Shown here: one piece after another, positions 60,499 through 64,000 of the stretch
How the letters are laid out: every line of letters begins with the position of its first letter
How positions within the stretch are numbered: the stretch's first letter is position 1
Assembly: GCA_052426225.1 (NCBI GenBank)
Contig: JBNJNM010000011.1
Span: forward strand, 3,596,001-3,660,000
Direction of reading: 5' to 3'
DNA length: 64,000 nt
From: Zancudomyces culisetae HAW-14-8
Lineage: Eukaryota; Fungi; Kickxellomycota
Notes under the pieces: model-generated
What the model was told of the DNA's origin: nothing
What the model saw: the letters and a program-made list of their open reading frames with translations, nothing else
The model's database searches: none
Program-made: the position numbers and the translations under genes

Positions 60499-62603
60499 TG
60501 GCCCTTGTCACCTTTATTTTTTCTAGCAAACAGGTGTTATATAGCTTATTAAAAACCAAATCGTCAGACAGTTTATAAATCTGACCAAACGTTGTGTTTT
60601 TTTTTTGTTGAGGTACAGCATAGACGTAAATCAAAATGAAACTTTTTTAATTCTAGTCTATAGTCTGTTTTTTCATTTTAAAGATTCGCAACACTTTTTT
60701 CTAAAAGTCTATGTTTCCAAATAAGATCAACTAGTATTATCAAATATATTCTCCATTTATAAATTAATCAGTAAATGCAATAAAAAGTGTTTTGGTTTTT
60801 TATTCGATATATCTGTAATATGATTATTTAAAAACAGTACAGTCATGAGTTTTACTGCAACTTTATAATAATAAATTAGGGTTACAAACTATCATTCATT
60901 GCTAACATTAAATATCACTGCAACATTTGTTGGTTTTTCTTTAGTATACATGATATACTGACATTGGCAAAAAAAATCGGGTACTTAGCAGAGTAATCTG
61001 TTTTGGTAGATCACTTGGTACTAACATCGATTTCAGTGAAGGGAAATTTATTGGTAGTTAAAAGGACAGTAAAAACGTTGTTTATAGATTTTCCAATGTC
61101 TAGTGGTATTTGAAAACTAAAATAAACATATATACATTATTTGGGTTGGTTTTTTTACTTGACAAATGCATTCACGTACATGCATACACACATACATTAT
61201 TATATATTTGAGTATAGAGGATATATGGGTTTGAAAAGTGAAAAATTTAAATAAATATTAAAAAAGAAGAGAGCGTGTTGATATTATTAAATATGTAATT
61301 GTAATATTTTTGGTAGACGGTATCCGTACATTGCGTATTTATCAATGTCATTAATTTGCTTTAAGTCTACTAATTACAAATCCACTCTTCCCTCTTTAAC
61401 AATTAGTATGCCAATTCATAAACACAAAATATTTATAACAATTCTTGAATTTCTTTCGTACCCTGATAAAAGTGTGGTAAAAAAGTGTAAAAACGTAATT
61501 GATAGTAGCTGACACTGTAAAATACAACAACAACAACTACTACTACTTCTACTACTACTACCAGTATGTCTGTATTTATAAAAAATAGGATAAATTATAA
61601 AAAATATATACATGGGGGGGGGGATTGAAATATTTGGTAATAATATTGCCATCACATAAAACATCAAACAATTTGATTGCATTTAGGACATGCGACCACA
61701 TAAAGTGTAAAAATGTGAAATATCCCATGATAATGTAGTGATTTTTTTTTGGTAGTCACTGCTTATTTATTCCGTTTTTAACAGGCTTTTTATTTATTGT
61801 TGTTCTACTTTTATTAAGCTAAATAAAACAGCCGTTCTTGACTAGAAAACTATTTGTTAAGAATAATTCCTTGACCTCCTCTCTTTATCTTTTCCTTATT
61901 TTTCTTCTTTTTCTTCTTTTTATGTTTCATTTGTTTTTATTTTTCTCTACTGTTGTTCAACAATCATGTCTTGGTAAATTGTAGCTAAACCCGTGAATTA
62001 TGGTTTTAATAATAGTTTTAATAGTATATGTATAATAAAATGTTAAATTCAAAAATATTTTAAAATATATTTGGATTTAAAAGCTCGATAATTTATTTGG
62101 TCTGCTGATCATTTAGGAAACAGAACCGTGTCAGTTCACTACAATAGGAAGGAAAATGAAGCAAGGATCATGTATTATTATCACCAAATACTGTTTATTT
62201 TACAAAACAAAGGATCATTAAAAGTAAATCATGATCCAAGAAGGAATATCAAGAATAAAAAGAACAAAAAAAACAAAAAACAAAAAAACAAAACAGAAAG
62301 GAAATAAGAGTGTTGTGGTATTATAAACTTCATTTACTATCTTTACCAACTCAGTCACACAACTATATGACTATGCAATTGTATATCGGACAAACAAAAA
62401 AACCAACCTACCCACCATTCATTTTTTTTTTACAGTGTGTCCTTTCTTTATATATAATCGGTCATGTCTCTGGCTTTCCGTGACTCATATTCCCAAATGT
62501 GATAGGTTTTCCGCGGCGAATGTCTTGATAAGGTAAAATGTAACAATAGGGTTTTTTCACACTACATTTCAGCACACTAACCACAACAATACGCAATACA
62601 GTA

Positions 62604-62673
62604 CAATACAATACAATACAATACAATACAATACAATACAATACAATACAATACAATACAATACAATACAATA
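62604..62673 (+). repeat. (CAATA)14 pentanucleotide microsatellite
   Basis: Perfect pentamer run; explains the spurious YCIVL-repeat ORFs. Confidence 0.95.
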
Positions 62674-63565
62674 CATTACATTACAACATTTGTTCACATG
62701 AATTCTTTGGGTTGTAAGTGAGCTTATGAAAATTTCAAGTCCATGTGAATATTCACACTGATTGTATACCGAAAATCCATTGGAAGGAATAAAAGAAAAA
62801 GATCCAAAACAAAGACAGTTGAAGATTTGGGGTTTTATCTTGCCATTAAATAAGTGTATAATAATATATACAACGTATATTTTCAAGTGGCCGAAAAGGA
62901 AGCAAGATGAAATGCAATAATATTTTAATCTTGGTAAAAAATAAATAAAAATAGTCACGTTTCAAAGTTTATTTACGCAGATTTAGTAATTAATGGATAG
63001 ATTAAATAATTTTCCACTCTAAAAGATGATGAATTATATTTGTTTATTTATTTTTTAATAAAAAACGATCAAAAATTTGAAAAATAAATTTATATTACAA
63101 AAAAAGTGGAGAATGAATAGAATGAGTCAATGCAAGTGTGTGTGAGTGGGAAGGAGGGGAAGTTGAATAGATAAAAAAAATGCCTAGAGAGGAAAAGAAA
63201 AACAAAGGGAGAAAAAAAGAGATCTGAAGACGCAGAGGTGGGTAGATTAGAAGGGGAGGGGAAGGGGAAGGGGAAGGTGAGATATTTTTTTATTCATTTT
63301 TTTGCTCTGTTATCTCATGTCACGGAATTAATTTTTATCCAGACAAAAACTAAAAAACCAAACATGAACCGAGGTAAGGATTATGACCAAAAACCAAAAA
63401 CCAAAAACCAAAAGCCAAAAGCCAAAAAAAGCAAATATACAGTAAAATAAAGGGGAGAGCATGAAAATGTGAAATATTGACCAGAATTAAAGCCTTGCAA
63501 TGTGAAAATATCAATAAAGTTGAAAGGTCTTGTTCAACTAACATAAGACTATAGCTGGTAAAAAT

Positions 63566-63633
63566 AAAACAAAACAAAACAAAACAAAACAAAACAAAAC
63601 AAGCTGGAATAAGATAGTAGTAGTAGTAGTAGT
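63566..63633 (+). repeat. (AAAAC)7 followed by a (TAG)n microsatellite
   Basis: Read directly from the sequence. Confidence 0.85.
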
Positions 63634-64000
63634 AATGTTTCAATAACATCAATTGAAAGGGTGAGAGTGATAGTGATAGTGATAGTGAGGGAAGAATGAG
63701 TAACAACTATCATTCAGAACCTTCACTTGTTTTTTTTTCACATGATCTTTTAAAGTATTAAGAGTGAGTGTGGATGAGAGAGAAAATCATAGTCAAAACC
63801 AAAAACAGTAAATAGGGAGGGGGGGTTGCTAATAGCAGAGTACAACATTACACCGAAAAGTAAAAGTAGAAATAGAAAAAAGAAAAGGACTTGAGCAATC
63901 AGTCCACCCGTTGAAAAAAAAAAAATACAAAGTTTTACATAAGTCAAAAGTAATATTCCATAAAACATGTATAAACAAAGCGGGCTTTTTATTCTCATTT

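Noticed and set aside
62462-62958. ORFs with YCIVL repeats
   Set aside because: Translation of the (CAATA)n microsatellite.
1-64000. U12-type introns, tRNA/rRNA genes, CRISPR arrays
   Set aside because: All introns I reconstructed are ordinary GT-AG. RTATCCTT hits are not at exon boundaries, and no cloverleaf, rRNA or repeat-spacer pattern was seen by eye.

Overview
AT-rich eukaryotic (fungal) genomic DNA with short GT-AG introns. Gene content, intron style and the LINE fragment suggest an early-diverging fungus, possibly a Harpellales insect-gut fungus; this is inference, not verified. I can support 23 protein-coding genes, mostly housekeeping, with exons joined by hand: an SSH4-like SPRY protein (partial), RPN12, a GPI-anchored Ser-rich protein, RPC34, eIF2B-gamma, AFG1, a Grx3/4-type glutaredoxin, an ELO elongase, a 14-exon gamma-glutamyltranspeptidase, TRAP-alpha/Irc22, an Ldb17/SPIN90-like protein, a 1263-aa Sec2-domain protein, bleomycin hydrolase, NIP7, uL15, DBP10, mitofissin/Atg44, a beta-carbonic anhydrase, mitoferrin, MetAP1, PEX10, Erv14 and a Rax2-SH3 protein. 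There is one young, 5'-truncated LINE with poly(A) tail and a perfect target-site duplication (TSD), inserted 11 nt past the DBP10 stop. The last ~6 kb has no recognisable gene and is microsatellite-rich. Most notable observations: a beta-carbonic anhydrase with a signal peptide; a 3-nt microexon just after the GGT catalytic strand; a CKFS (not CGFS) monothiol glutaredoxin; an 8-bp tail-to-tail CDS overlap of eIF2B-gamma and AFG1; a Rax2 with a C-terminal SH3 domain; and the LINE in the DBP10 3'UTR. No rRNA, tRNA, CRISPR array or multi-gene novel system could be supported.
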